Shown: positions 21,298 through 31,891, counted from the whole stretch's first letter. The stretch is 48,728 bases of DNA, filler included, from Stramenopiles sp. TOSAG23-3 (GCA_900128585.1; 4 parts of 4 records of this genome joined end to end with filler, not necessarily neighbours in it), one strand, 5' to 3'. The notes: generated by a model from the sequence alone, not told the origin. A program made the numbers and translations.

Positions 21298-22278
21298 TCA
21301 AAGTCCATTGTGCAACTTCTGTCTTAAATATGTCACTACGCTAATTCGCTTTCCAGAACCCTGTTCTATAATCTTTGTGTTCCCATGCCACAGTTTGTGC
21401 GATTGACTGAAAAGTATATCACCTTCTCGAACGTCAAAGCCAACACTGTACTCTGGGAAAACTATGTACCCGCCAGAGTAATTGCCCACCTGTAAAACTG
21501 TCAGCGTCGAAAACCCTTCGCTGAAATCGCCACGGTCCTTGTGATAATAGGTTTCATAGTTTACATTGATCGATACTGTAGACAGGGGTGTGTTGCTGCA
21601 AAGACAACTGGCTAAGTGCAATGTGTCACGTTCTTTGTGCAAATTGTAAATCTTAGGCAGAAAGAGTTCGAATAGTTCTCCTACTTCATAGAACAGGGGC
21701 AAAGCATTTTGAAAATCTCTAGGAAATGAATTACTGAAGCCCCATTTTGCGTTTTTTTTTCGATACATGTCATAGTAGACTCCTGCTTTGAAACTTTTGA
21801 CGGGGTTTGATACCACCTTCTCCAATGCCTTGCCACTCTTCAGAACAATGCGCCCCTTCCCATTTCCAAGTTGAACGATTTCTTCTATAGAATCTTTATT
21901 TTTGAACTTGTCCTTCATAACAATATTCCCCGCTGCGTTTCCTCTTGACTGCGATTCTTTCATCCTGGTATCTATGTTTGAAAACGTAGACTTTCCAGAC
22001 TGAATACCAGTGGCGGAGATAACGTTTTTCCGAAACGTAAACAAAAGTTCTCCTGTGTTCTCATCGTAACAGTCACAATCCTCCTCTATAATTCGTTTAA
22101 AATCTTGTGCATTTGGTGCTAAACCAGCCATTGTGTTCCTAACATGTTTTTCCGACAAAACGCGTGTTAACTTCATCTGATTCACTTTTGTTCTGTCTTG
22201 GCCATCGCTGCTGGGTATCAATGAACTGGAAACCTTGAGGAGGGCGTTCTTTTGCTTTACATTGGGGGCTGGTTTGTG
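21298..22278 (-). CDS. TET/JBP-like 2OG-Fe(II) dioxygenase, 5'-truncated at the contig end
   Basis: TVSINVNYETYYHKDRGD (HxD), YSGGYIVFPEYSVGFDVREGDILF, WHGNT, KRISVVTY. The frame is open to the N-run (HKPAPNVKQKNALLKVSSSLIPSS...). Confidence 0.8.
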   Translation of the reverse strand, partial: HKPAPNVKQKNALLKVSSSLIPSSDGQDRTKVNQMKLTRVLSEKHVRNTMAGLAPNAQDFKRIIEEDCDCYDENTGELLFTFRKNVISATGIQSGKSTFSNIDTRMKESQSRGNAAGNIVMKDKFKNKDSIEEIVQLGNGKGRIVLKSGKALEKVVSNPVKSFKAGVYYDMYRKKNAKWGFSNSFPRDFQNALPLFYEVGELFELFLPKIYNLHKERDTLHLASCLCSNTPLSTVSINVNYETYYHKDRGDFSEGFSTLTVLQVGNYSGGYIVFPEYSVGFDVREGDILFSQSHKLWHGNTKIIEQGSGKRISVVTYLRQKLHNGL

Positions 22279-22378
22279 NNNNNNNNNNNNNNNNNNNNNN
22301 NNNNNNNNNNNNNNNNNNNNNNTTAATTAATTAANNNNNNNNNNNNNNNNNNNNNNNNNNNNNNNNNNNNNNNNNNNN
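22279..22378. other. Artificial contig-join linker (N44-TTAATTAATTAA-N44)
   Basis: Six-frame-stop palindrome centred in exactly 100 nt; an identical structure occurs three times. Confidence 0.95.
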
Positions 22379-22380
22379 GT

Positions 22381-23307
22381 TACATCGTCAGCGTAGATAA
22401 AGATGGCATGCTATACGAAGATGCCGGGGACAAGGTCGGAAAAACATACGAAGAAAGCAGCAGGATTGAAGCCGTTGCTTCCGCAATGGGGCTTTTGAAA
22501 GCCCTGGTTGAGTTTGCACAGCGGAGTTCGACGAACGCCCAAGAGAACTTCGTGTGCGCCGGTGGCCTGCACATGTTGCTGATCTTATCCTACTGCAATT
22601 TGAGGCGTGCGAGCCGGGTTGCCAGGGTGGTCTTGCAGCGCTTCGAGCTGAGGGAACTGATGTACTTATCTAGCCCCGCATTGAATTTAGACCTCCCCGA
22701 TGAAATCGCGCAAAGCAGCATCATGGAGCACTATGAGCACGCCCTTAAAGAGGAAACGCTCCGTCGAGTGGAGCGTACCCGAAGAGAGCACGCGGTCATT
22801 CGCAAGCACATCGACGAGGCGACGCAAAACACACCCAGAACCCAGAATGCCGACGAGAGAAGGCAACGTTTGAACAAATGGTTGGAGAAGAGGGACCTGA
22901 AAGCGGCGGAAGAGAGGGAAAAATATTTGAAACGGAAAGCAGCAGAAGACGAAGTTCAGAAAGAAATAGAACGCATGGAAGCCGAGAAAGCGAGAATAGA
23001 GGCAGAAACACGGAAAGAGATTGCCGAGAAGCAGCGCCTGTTGCTCGTTGCACGCTACGACGGATCCAAAAAGGAGGCCACCGAAATGCAGCGGAGGGAA
23101 CTGCTCGCGCTGGAAGAGGAGCGGCGCAGAAGAAAAGAAGAAAATGGCAACAGCATGAAATTGTGGTTGGGGGCGAAGAGACGCAGAGAAATTGCCGACG
23201 ATAAGAAACGGGAGGAGAACGAACGAAATGAGCGGAACCAGAGAGACTTGAAAAAGAAACTGAGTGTGCTGGCGACAAAAAATGCGTACACCGAGTACAA
23301 CCGGTAA
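22381..23307 (+). CDS. Partial hypothetical protein (ARM-like helix segment + charged coiled coil), 5'-truncated
   Basis: Frame open back to the linker. ENFVCAGGLHMLL is ARM-like; E/R/K-rich C-terminus. Confidence 0.7.
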   Translation, partial: YIVSVDKDGMLYEDAGDKVGKTYEESSRIEAVASAMGLLKALVEFAQRSSTNAQENFVCAGGLHMLLILSYCNLRRASRVARVVLQRFELRELMYLSSPALNLDLPDEIAQSSIMEHYEHALKEETLRRVERTRREHAVIRKHIDEATQNTPRTQNADERRQRLNKWLEKRDLKAAEEREKYLKRKAAEDEVQKEIERMEAEKARIEAETRKEIAEKQRLLLVARYDGSKKEATEMQRRELLALEEERRRRKEENGNSMKLWLGAKRRREIADDKKREENERNERNQRDLKKKLSVLATKNAYTEYNR

Positions 23308-23352
23308 ATTTGTGAGCCCATGAGCATTAATTTGAAAAACAAAAATATGTAT

Positions 23353-23410
23353 GATTAGGGTATGAGGAAGCTAAATTTAATTACTTAAATAACAGCCAAT
23401 TTTCTTGTTT
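23353..23410 (-). repeat. Dispersed 3'-flank element (long form), downstream of FGGY
   Basis: rc AAACAAGAAAATTGGCTGTTATTTAAGTAATTAAATTTAGCTTCCTCATACCCTAATC. Confidence 0.9.
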
Positions 23411-23524
23411 CTACAGTGCTTGTAAGATTACTTTCCTCGTTTTTGAAGATTTGAGCACATTTACTTTCCTTCTCATGTGTACACTGCGATTTGGTTAAAA
23501 ACTCAAAAAAAGCGTTCATCCACA

Positions 23525-25420
23525 TCACCGAGAGGCTTTGTCCACATCCTTTTTCAATTGTTCATACAGCGCTTCAACGCTTTTCCCAGTTTTCTTCAGC
23601 AAAAGGTCGGGGAATCCAGCTACGTTCATGAACGATTCCTTTTTAATTCCAGTCAGAAGCTCTTCCAGAGACATCTTACCCCCAGCTAGTTTTTCATCGT
23701 AGTCTTCTTGGTTTACATCGTTGCCCACTGCCAGGTCAAGTAGACCCCTGGCGTGACCGTCCATCATCATTCGATACTTCAGCTGGTCACGCCACATCTC
23801 CAGAAAAATATGGTACTTGTAAAGGTGGTAGCGCTGCGTATTTAGGTCTACACCTGTGACCCTGTAGCTGCTTGGCATTTCTGCCATGGCTTTTTCGACA
23901 TTTTCGTAGAAATTTGCAGCTACTGCTGCAATTCTAAACCCACCCAGGAGAGTTGGTTCCCCTGAAATCACATGGATATTGCACCCTGTGATATTTGCCA
24001 TTTCTCGAAGCATCAAAGGGTTTTTCGTGGTTCCCCCGCACATTGCAATTTGTTTCACTTGATGACCTTGGTCATTCATTTTTTCGATGATGTGGCGTGT
24101 TCCATAGCAAATGGACTGTATGGCACTTAGATACCTCAGGCACAAGTCACGTTTTGTGCGATTAAGGCTAAGGCCAGATATCATCCCCTTCAACGTCGGA
24201 TCAGCCCTTGGACTGCGGTTACCATGGTGGTACCCCAGAACGTGTGTTTGGAAGGTCAACATCCCCGGGACTGGAAACGGGTGCCCGATCACCATCTGCT
24301 CAATCATTTCTGGGTTTCTCTCTTTTTCCCACTTGAAGATTTCGTCGTTGAGTATTTGGTAGACCGAGAGTTTGGTTTCGTCCGCTTCTCTCAGCAGTTT
24401 GCTATAGTACGCGGAGTCCTGTATTGTGTGGTCCAGAAGGCTCCCAGCAGCTGATTGTCCGCCCTCAGATAAGAACATGTTTGGCAAGACCACCCCCCAA
24501 TAAGGTCCCCAAATGCCTTTCACCCAGGCAGCTGTTTTAGAGAGCGACATGTGGCAGTTCGAAGTCCCACAAATAAGCACCAGCGTTTCAGTAAGCTCTT
24601 TCTCCGACCCGCTCAAACAGCCAACAGCCCCGGTGTGGGCATCGATCATCCCCGCCGCCACGGTTGCATTCGTACTAATGTTCGTTTGTTTCATGGTTTC
24701 GTTATTTACATTTGAAACTTTCCCCCCGACCTTACCAATTTTAGGGTAATCTTTACTAACAATTTTGTGCTCCGTCAACAGTTCTTCCACGCCCAGTTTC
24801 TTAAACAACTCAGTGCTCCATCGGTTTTCGCACGAAATATATGTCCATTTGCAAGTGAGAGTGCAGGTACTTCTCTGGTCAACACCCGTTGCTTTATAAG
24901 TCAAAAAATCGGCAAGGTCAAGAAACTTGGTAGTTTTCTTGTAGCTCTCTGGCATATTTCTTTTTAACCACAGCAATTTTGGCAACTGCATTTCTGGGGA
25001 AAGCTTTCCACCAACATATTGCAATGCCACATCTCCCGTTTCGTTAATCTCCTCGGCTTCTTTCATCGATCTATGATCTGCCCACAAAATAATGTTGTGC
25101 GACGGATCGCCAGTTGGAGACAGCGATACTGGCTCGTCGTTTTCACCGAGGGCAACCAAAGAGCACGTTGCGTCAAATGCAATGCCCTCTACGGCGTAGG
25201 AAGGCGTCCCAGTTTTTGCCAGTACCTCTCGTATGCACTCGCATGTCATAACCCATATGTTTTCACTGCTTTGCTCAGCAAAGTTTTCTTTCGGGTGATA
25301 CAAATCGATTGGCCGTGTTGCATGGGCAAGCAGTGTCCCGCTTGCGTCGCTAACCCCGGCCCGAACCGACGACGTCCCTACGTCAACGGCAACGAAGCGG
25401 GTTTCAGCAACCGAAGCCAT
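23525..25420 (-). CDS. FGGY: FGGY-family carbohydrate (pentulose/ribulose) kinase
   Basis: VDVGTSSVRAG, FDATCSLV, WADHRS, SPEMQLPKLLWLK, IDAHTG, GTSNCH, EGGQSAAG, HGNRSPRADP, CGGTTKN. Confidence 0.93.
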   Translation of the reverse strand: MASVAETRFVAVDVGTSSVRAGVSDASGTLLAHATRPIDLYHPKENFAEQSSENIWVMTCECIREVLAKTGTPSYAVEGIAFDATCSLVALGENDEPVSLSPTGDPSHNIILWADHRSMKEAEEINETGDVALQYVGGKLSPEMQLPKLLWLKRNMPESYKKTTKFLDLADFLTYKATGVDQRSTCTLTCKWTYISCENRWSTELFKKLGVEELLTEHKIVSKDYPKIGKVGGKVSNVNNETMKQTNISTNATVAAGMIDAHTGAVGCLSGSEKELTETLVLICGTSNCHMSLSKTAAWVKGIWGPYWGVVLPNMFLSEGGQSAAGSLLDHTIQDSAYYSKLLREADETKLSVYQILNDEIFKWEKERNPEMIEQMVIGHPFPVPGMLTFQTHVLGYHHGNRSPRADPTLKGMISGLSLNRTKRDLCLRYLSAIQSICYGTRHIIEKMNDQGHQVKQIAMCGGTTKNPLMLREMANITGCNIHVISGEPTLLGGFRIAAVAANFYENVEKAMAEMPSSYRVTGVDLNTQRYHLYKYHIFLEMWRDQLKYRMMMDGHARGLLDLAVGNDVNQEDYDEKLAGGKMSLEELLTGIKKESFMNVAGFPDLLLKKTGKSVEALYEQLKKDVDKASR

Positions 25421-25717
25421 TTAACATCAACTGTTGAAAACGAAATAATTGTTTAGTAGATAAATGAACGGTTCGGAATTCAACGCTCGCACCTGATGGA
25501 CCCGACGAACGCGAGGCCAGGCCAACCTTTTGTTGTTAAAACAAGTCAAGCAAAAAATTAGCCCTCCTTTTCCCTTAAAAATGGCGTTTTGGGGGTCTCT
25601 TTTAACGGTTAAAACAAAAATATATAATAAATGTTGAGATACTTTCTAACTATGATTTTTTAGTAGAAGAACACGAATATGCTATTGAAAATGGGGGAAA
25701 ATTGATAATTTTAATAG

Positions 25718-25788
25718 NNNNNNNNNNNNNNNNNNNNNNNNNNNNNNNNNNNNNNNNNNNNNNNNNNNNNNNNNNNNNNNNNNNNNNN
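25718..25788. other. Assembly gap (71 N, no linker)
   Basis: Plain N run adjoining a CTT-rich tract. Confidence 0.95.
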
Positions 25789-26104
25789 TCTTCTTCTCTT
25801 CTTCTCTTCTTCCTCCCCTTCTTTTTTTTTTTTATTATTATTATTTTTTTATTTGATGAGTGATGAGAGTAGCGGTAGTACTTGGTATAATAGTATGAGA
25901 TATGATGATTGATGGGGAACACGATTTTTGATAGCTTGATTCAACTTTGTATTATGAACGCAAAGAAATTGTAGAAGAAAACAAGACAACATAGCAGTGC
26001 AAAACCATTGCCTTGAAAAAAATATCTCTTGGCCTAGGGATACCGGTTACTGTTTTGTCGCTTCTGGGCCATTGAAATTAAGTTTGTGAATTGACAGCCT
26101 GCCG

Positions 26105-27223
26105 ATGCAAAGGGTGGGGAAGACTAGTTTTCGAATTGTAAAGGACTGTATTTTTCTGCAACGAGCAACTCGCGCTTTGGGTGTAAATATGAACAATCAG
26201 TCGGTTTCATTGTACGATGAACAATATGGGTGGAGAAGGTGTTTAGAGGTTCGTTCGAGGGCACTTATTCACACGAGCAGTGCCCCGAAGAAGAAGAAGA
26301 GGCAGCAGCAGCAGCGTCCTGCTTCCTCTAGTGCACCGTCAGCAGCGAACTCGTATTTTTCAGACGATTGCGAACCTTTGCTATTTGACGTAGACTGCAA
26401 CCTTACGCACGCAGACATGGAGAAGGACATTGAAGAGCACATAAAGGGGGCAAAGGACAGTGGGATTTGCGGCATGATAGTCCCAGGTTCTACGGTGGAG
26501 GAAAGTCGCACTTGTATAGAAATTGCAAAAACTTACGGAAGTGGACCCTTTGTTGTTAAGACGACTGTGGGAGTACACCCATACCATGCGGGGGGATGGG
26601 GAGGCGAGGAGATCCGTCAGATGAAGGAGATGATCATGAACACTACCGGCATAGTGGCTGCAGTCGGCGAGTGTGGCTTGGATTATTCAGACGGTTTTCC
26701 CGATCGTAGCTTGCAGCTTCCCGTGTTCGAGGAGCAGGTCAAACTATCGTGCGAGTTGAAATTACCACTATTTTTACACCAGCGTGGTGCGTTCGACGAT
26801 TTTGTGCGGGTCATGGAGTGCTACAGACCAAATGAAAATGGGATTAATGTTCTTGTTCATTGCTTTACAGGCGACCAACGAGAAATAGATTGGATACTTA
26901 GCCAGAAGAATTATTTTTTAAGCTTTAGCGGTATCATATGCAAAGATGGGCGTGGGGATGGCCTGCGGAGCGTGCTCGCAGGTGTAGGCAGGGACGAATT
27001 GAAGCACAAAATAATGGTCGAGACCGACGCGCCATACCTGGGGTTTCCAGGATGCCGCAGTGCCTGCGCCTCAAAGAAGAAGCGCCAATACCCGAACGTT
27101 CCCTCTGCACTCCCGCGTGTTGTAGACGAGCTAGCGAAGTGCTTGGGTGTACCAGAAGATGAGAAACGGGTTTTTGCGAGAGAGCTGACCAACACTGCCA
27201 GGTCGTTCTTCTCCTGCGTATGA
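26105..27223 (+). CDS. TatD-family deoxyribonuclease
   Basis: DVDCNLTH, TVGVHP, AVGECGLDY, LPLFLHQR, VHCFTG, VETDAPY. Start uncertain. Confidence 0.93.
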   Translation: MQRVGKTSFRIVKDCIFLQRATRALGVNMNNQSVSLYDEQYGWRRCLEVRSRALIHTSSAPKKKKRQQQQRPASSSAPSAANSYFSDDCEPLLFDVDCNLTHADMEKDIEEHIKGAKDSGICGMIVPGSTVEESRTCIEIAKTYGSGPFVVKTTVGVHPYHAGGWGGEEIRQMKEMIMNTTGIVAAVGECGLDYSDGFPDRSLQLPVFEEQVKLSCELKLPLFLHQRGAFDDFVRVMECYRPNENGINVLVHCFTGDQREIDWILSQKNYFLSFSGIICKDGRGDGLRSVLAGVGRDELKHKIMVETDAPYLGFPGCRSACASKKKRQYPNVPSALPRVVDELAKCLGVPEDEKRVFARELTNTARSFFSCV

Positions 27224-27297
27224 GGTGAAGTTTGGTAAGCTACTCTTTATAAGCATTTGCAACTTTTTTCAAGTATTTATTAAGTAATTCTCAACAT

Positions 27298-27361
27298 AAA
27301 AACAAGAAAATTGGCTGTTATTTATAAGTAATTAAATTTAGCTTCCTCTCATACCCTAATC
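27298..27361 (+). repeat. Dispersed 3'-flank element (long form), downstream of TatD
   Basis: AAAAACAAGAAAATTGGCTGTTATTTATAAGTAATTAAATTTAGCTTCCTCTCATACCCTAATC. Confidence 0.9.
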
Positions 27362-27606
27362 CTAACTTGGTTCTGAAATTTTGTTTCGTTGTTGGTTGTC
27401 AATCACCGAGGGGATGATATATATTTTTGTTTTTTTTAAGGTACGAAAAATAAAAAGTCTTACAGTAAACAACCAGCCTATTTTGTTTTTAAAGTATTAA
27501 AAAACAAATTATACGCAGTATTAAATACCACCTTCTTCCCGCACGTAAAGAATTTAACTTCCACGCGCCCAGCAACTCTTCTTCAGTCTTCCACAAGCCT
27601 CGCGAC

Positions 27607-28959
27607 TTACTCTGCATGCGCAAGCACTGCTAGCACGCCGACTTTTCGCATGTAGCGAAGCATGCTGACCGTGTTTTCGTACAGGGTTGGGTAGTACTTG
27701 TACGTGACCCCGTGGCGCTTGCAACACTCGCGCACGGCATCCTGTAGGTACGGGTAGTGCCACGATGAAATGCGAGGGAAAAGGTGATGTTCAATTTGTA
27801 AATTCAAGCCGCCAGTCAGCAGCATTCCAATGGTGCCCCCGTAGGTGCAGGAGGTTTCCGCCTGGGCTTTGTACCAGCAGACGGGTTTGTTGGACGCATT
27901 CTTTCCTTTCAAATCGAGCGGGTCACGGTCGGACCCTTCAAAATTGTGCGAGACAACGAACAAACCCGTCAGAAATACCCCGGTGACGAAGTTCACAAGA
28001 AAAAAAGCCATGAACAGGTTGGTGTTATTGAGGTACCACGGCGCCACCACGATGCGGAAAAAGTAAAAGGCGCGCAGGGCAACGGCCAACGGCTTTTGTT
28101 TGGTAAAAAACTCTCCGGTCGACACACTCTCAGGGATGCGGTCGCTGTGCTTCATCGTATAAACGTACGGGTTGTAGATGACGGACGGGCCGTACATTCC
28201 AAGGACGGCGTACACGAGGTAGTCCTGGTAGCTGGTGGCCGGCTTGACTTTCTCCTTCATCGTCCCGTTCTTGGTGTAGTCATTGAAAACGATGAAAGGC
28301 TCCGCGCTGGACGCGTCCGGGTCAAGGTCTTGGTGGTTCGTGTGCGGGTGGTGCCACAAGATGTGCTGTTGCAGCCAAATCCACCTCGAGTTTCCGATCC
28401 AATCTGCCCCGTACGCAAAGAACGCGTTGACCTTTGGGTCTTTCGATATCGCACCATGGCTCCCGTCGTGCTGTATCGACAGGCCGATCTGGGAGTGCAT
28501 GACGCCCACAAGAATCCCTGAAAGGAGGGTCCCCGTCGTGATCCAGTAGTACTCCGTGTACAGCGTCAGCGCCATGATGAGGAAAGTTCTGGCCCAGAAC
28601 CCGGTGGGAGCGTACCATGAGGTATTTCCCATCGCCTTTCTGACCGTGGCTATCAAGTCCTTCGCAAACGGGGAGTCAAACGTGTAGTTGGGTTCCGTCG
28701 CTTCGTTTCGTTTATACGTGCCAACGCAGTGCTTTTGGAACACTTCGGACTTTTCTGGGTCTTTGCCAGGGTGCATCGACCGAAACAAGGCCGTCGCGTC
28801 GTAGGCCCCGGCAGAAAGGATGTGCGCACCGCCTGGGTGAACTTTTGCAAACGCTTCAAGGTCGTAAAGCTTCCCGTCTACGGCACACAAGTTTGGGTGA
28901 GAGAGCAACTGTTCGGTCGTAAGGACCAACTTCTTCGAAGTGGCTGTTTTCGAGGCCAT
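27607..28959 (-). CDS. Front-end fatty acid desaturase (cytochrome b5 fusion; delta-5/delta-4 type)
   Basis: HPGG heme motif; His boxes HDGSH, HILWHH, QIEHH. Confidence 0.93.
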   Translation of the reverse strand: MASKTATSKKLVLTTEQLLSHPNLCAVDGKLYDLEAFAKVHPGGAHILSAGAYDATALFRSMHPGKDPEKSEVFQKHCVGTYKRNEATEPNYTFDSPFAKDLIATVRKAMGNTSWYAPTGFWARTFLIMALTLYTEYYWITTGTLLSGILVGVMHSQIGLSIQHDGSHGAISKDPKVNAFFAYGADWIGNSRWIWLQQHILWHHPHTNHQDLDPDASSAEPFIVFNDYTKNGTMKEKVKPATSYQDYLVYAVLGMYGPSVIYNPYVYTMKHSDRIPESVSTGEFFTKQKPLAVALRAFYFFRIVVAPWYLNNTNLFMAFFLVNFVTGVFLTGLFVVSHNFEGSDRDPLDLKGKNASNKPVCWYKAQAETSCTYGGTIGMLLTGGLNLQIEHHLFPRISSWHYPYLQDAVRECCKRHGVTYKYYPTLYENTVSMLRYMRKVGVLAVLAHAE

Positions 28960-29519
28960 TGTGAAAAGGTTGCTGGGAAGGGATAGAAAGTCAGGAGGAC
29001 GAGTTCGCCGAGTTGAGGAAGTATGTCTTCAAAATACAAGCAACAGTTAAAGACAAGAACAATTCCTGTTATTTCGTTTTTCAACTAGTCTAATCCACAA
29101 AAATTGATTGTATAACGTCTTCACACATTTGCAATCATCATATCATTCCTATCTTCTGAACGAAACGCACAACAATTATGTGCTTTCTTGTATTATAGAC
29201 TATATTTTTTTCTAATTTTTTCTGTATTAATAAAAAATACATCATAATACGATGAAGTAATAAAAACAAAACAATATAAATAATAAACACATCTAGACTA
29301 TCATTCAGCACACACTATAATGTGACACTATATTTATTTAAATCATTTATAAATGTAATCTAATAACTCTGCTGAGGACTCCACTCCTCTTCGTACACTA
29401 CTACGAGTGGACAACGAGGGAAGCTTATTTTTATTTAATTATGAATTTAATTTAGAATAGTGTTCTACCTCGTAGTTGTGATAAAAAAAATCATTCTTCG
29501 TTTGCGCGTCACCACTTCA

Positions 29520-29790
<271 letters not shown>

Positions 29791-30219
29791 TCTAGAATAT
29801 CGATACACATCCTCATCAAAACCATTTATTATAGTTTTTAAATTTTTATTATTTTAGCCTTGCCTCCTTTCCTTTCCTTGCCTTGAATCCTTGAATCCTT
29901 GAGAATAGCAAAATATGACAAGTCTTTCTATCGGATTTTATTAATATTTATACAGTATTATATAATACATTATTTTAATACTATGTAAAATAAATTATTG
30001 TACTATATATTAACGTATTCTAAAAATCTTTGCGAATTCTTTTTTTTTATTCTTATTTTCTTATTTTTAACTTTTTCATCAAAATGGTGTCATGAAAAAC
30101 ATTGGTATAGCATGGTTTTTGTTTTTTGTGGTCAGCACAGGAGGAAAAAATAATTGAAGAAAAAAGGACCGTACAGGGTACAGTGAGAGAGAGAGTAGAA
30201 AAGGACTAATATTTAGTGG

Positions 30220-30277
30220 AGAAGAAGAAGATACAAAAGAAAGAAGAAGAAAGAAGAAGAAGAAAGAAAGAAAGAAA

Positions 30278-30338
<61 letters not shown>

Positions 30339-30367
30339 AAAGAAAGAAAGAAAGAAAGAAAGAAGAA
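30220..30367 (+). repeat. (GAAA)n polypurine microsatellite
   Basis: Read directly from the sequence. Confidence 0.95.
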
Positions 30368-30697
30368 GGAGGTATACGGTATTTATATTATATCGGTACT
30401 ACCTACCACAGTAGTGATTGGTAAAAGAATAATGTACAATAAAAAAAGAGGTTCTATCTATCGGATAATCTGTCGAGTGGAACAAGTTCAATATGAATGC
30501 AACAATGTCTTCATCATTGAGTACATGTATAGATAGACGGAGTGAAGATACAACAGATAAAGTTGTAGACGAGTCATGCTTATTGAGCCATCGAGAACGA
30601 TAGGTAGTAGAAAGGAATTTTGCTATAGCCGATATACCTCTGGGTTGGAAAACTTCGATCGACGGTGCACACACAGAGTATAATAATAATAGAAGAG

Positions 30698-31891
30698 ATG
30701 ACGACCGTTTCCGAGCGTTTGGAGAAGACGGAGGAGTGTTTGGACAGGATTTTGTCTTTCATCCCCCCCCACTTGTACGTAGCCGCCCCAGTAGAAGAGG
30801 AAAGAAAACACTACTGGATGAAACCGACTGAAACGGAGAAGCAGTTGCTAAAGCTGAAAGCTAAAGAAGGGAAGCGCTTGCGCCTGGACCCTACCGCCGG
30901 CGCGTCGAACGTCCAGGGTTTGCAGAAGAAACAGAACCAGAAGGCTTTTCCCAAGACGAAACCAGCACAAGAAGCAGAAAAGGCCAAGAACGAAGGCGAA
31001 GACGACCAAGCTGCGGTTGCAACTGAAACCCATCCAGCAAATGGGAGCAGCGACAAGGGCCCCGCAAATATAAACGGTTTGAGGGAGCGCCTTCACGCTC
31101 GGCTACAAATGCTGCGGGGCCAACGCAAAGGCGATGGGAAGCGCTTGAAGCGCGCCCTGAAAGCGAATAGTACTGGGAATAGTAAGAAGAAAAATAGTAA
31201 GAAAAAGCGCAAGCTGAACGATGGCAAGAAAAGCTCAGAGGAGGAACAGCCGGAGAGCAAGAATAGTGGTCAGGATGACCGTGCAAAGCAGCGCAGTAGA
31301 TCAAACGGGGACAGCGCTGTCATGAGCAACATCAGGTTCTCGACGGTGGAAGGGCTTGGAGAAAAGACAGGTTACAAGCCGGAGAAGAAGAAGAAGAGCC
31401 TGAAGCTTTTGCTGAAAGAGGCGGAGAAAAAACAGCAAAGAATTGCCGAATTGAAAGCCACAGGGCGGTCGGAGGAGGCGTCGAACGAGGCCTGGAAGGC
31501 CACGTTGGCCAGGGCAGCTGGAAAGAAAGTGGTCGACGACCCGAAACAGATCAGAAAAGCATTGAAGAGGAAGGAAAAAGAGAAGGCCAAGAGCCAGAAA
31601 CGCTGGAACGAGCGGTTGCAGAGCCAACAGGATTTGAACGATAAGGTACAAGCCAAGAAGGATGAAAACTTGAAAAAAGTCGAAATGGTCCGTGAGGCCA
31701 AGCGCCAGGGCAAGCATTTGAAACTGTTAGACATGAAGCCATCAGTGCAGAAAGAAAAAGAGAGGCAGGAGAAAGAAAAGGCAGGCGAAAAAGCAGGCAG
31801 TGCGAAATCTTCCCGACCTGGGTTCGAAGGTAGCAAATCCAAATTTCTGAACAGTCCTACTGGGGGAAAAAAAGGGTCCAGGAAGCGTTAG
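30698..31891 (+). CDS. SURF6: SURF6/Rrp14 nucleolar ribosome-biogenesis protein
   Basis: N-terminal ILSFIPPHLY, LRERLHARLQMLR, WKATLARAAGKKVVDDPKQIRKALKRKEKEKAKSQKRWNER, RPGFEG. ATG at 30698. Confidence 0.88.
   Translation: MTTVSERLEKTEECLDRILSFIPPHLYVAAPVEEERKHYWMKPTETEKQLLKLKAKEGKRLRLDPTAGASNVQGLQKKQNQKAFPKTKPAQEAEKAKNEGEDDQAAVATETHPANGSSDKGPANINGLRERLHARLQMLRGQRKGDGKRLKRALKANSTGNSKKKNSKKKRKLNDGKKSSEEEQPESKNSGQDDRAKQRSRSNGDSAVMSNIRFSTVEGLGEKTGYKPEKKKKSLKLLLKEAEKKQQRIAELKATGRSEEASNEAWKATLARAAGKKVVDDPKQIRKALKRKEKEKAKSQKRWNERLQSQQDLNDKVQAKKDENLKKVEMVREAKRQGKHLKLLDMKPSVQKEKERQEKEKAGEKAGSAKSSRPGFEGSKSKFLNSPTGGKKGSRKR

Noticed and set aside
22323-22334. TTAATTAATTAA as a piggyBac TTAA site or biological palindrome
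   Set aside because: Centred in fixed 44-N pads; a pipeline linker.
21033-23307. TET/JBP gene nested in an intron of a PDZ gene continuing at 22381
   Set aside because: An artificial linker separates the contigs, so continuity is unsupported.
23353-23362. TTAGGG/CCCTAA in the long form of the element as a telomeric seed
   Set aside because: Single hexamer with no tandem array.
9746-25420. Xylanase plus FGGY kinase as a xylan-utilisation cluster
   Set aside because: They are on different contigs with unrelated genes between them.
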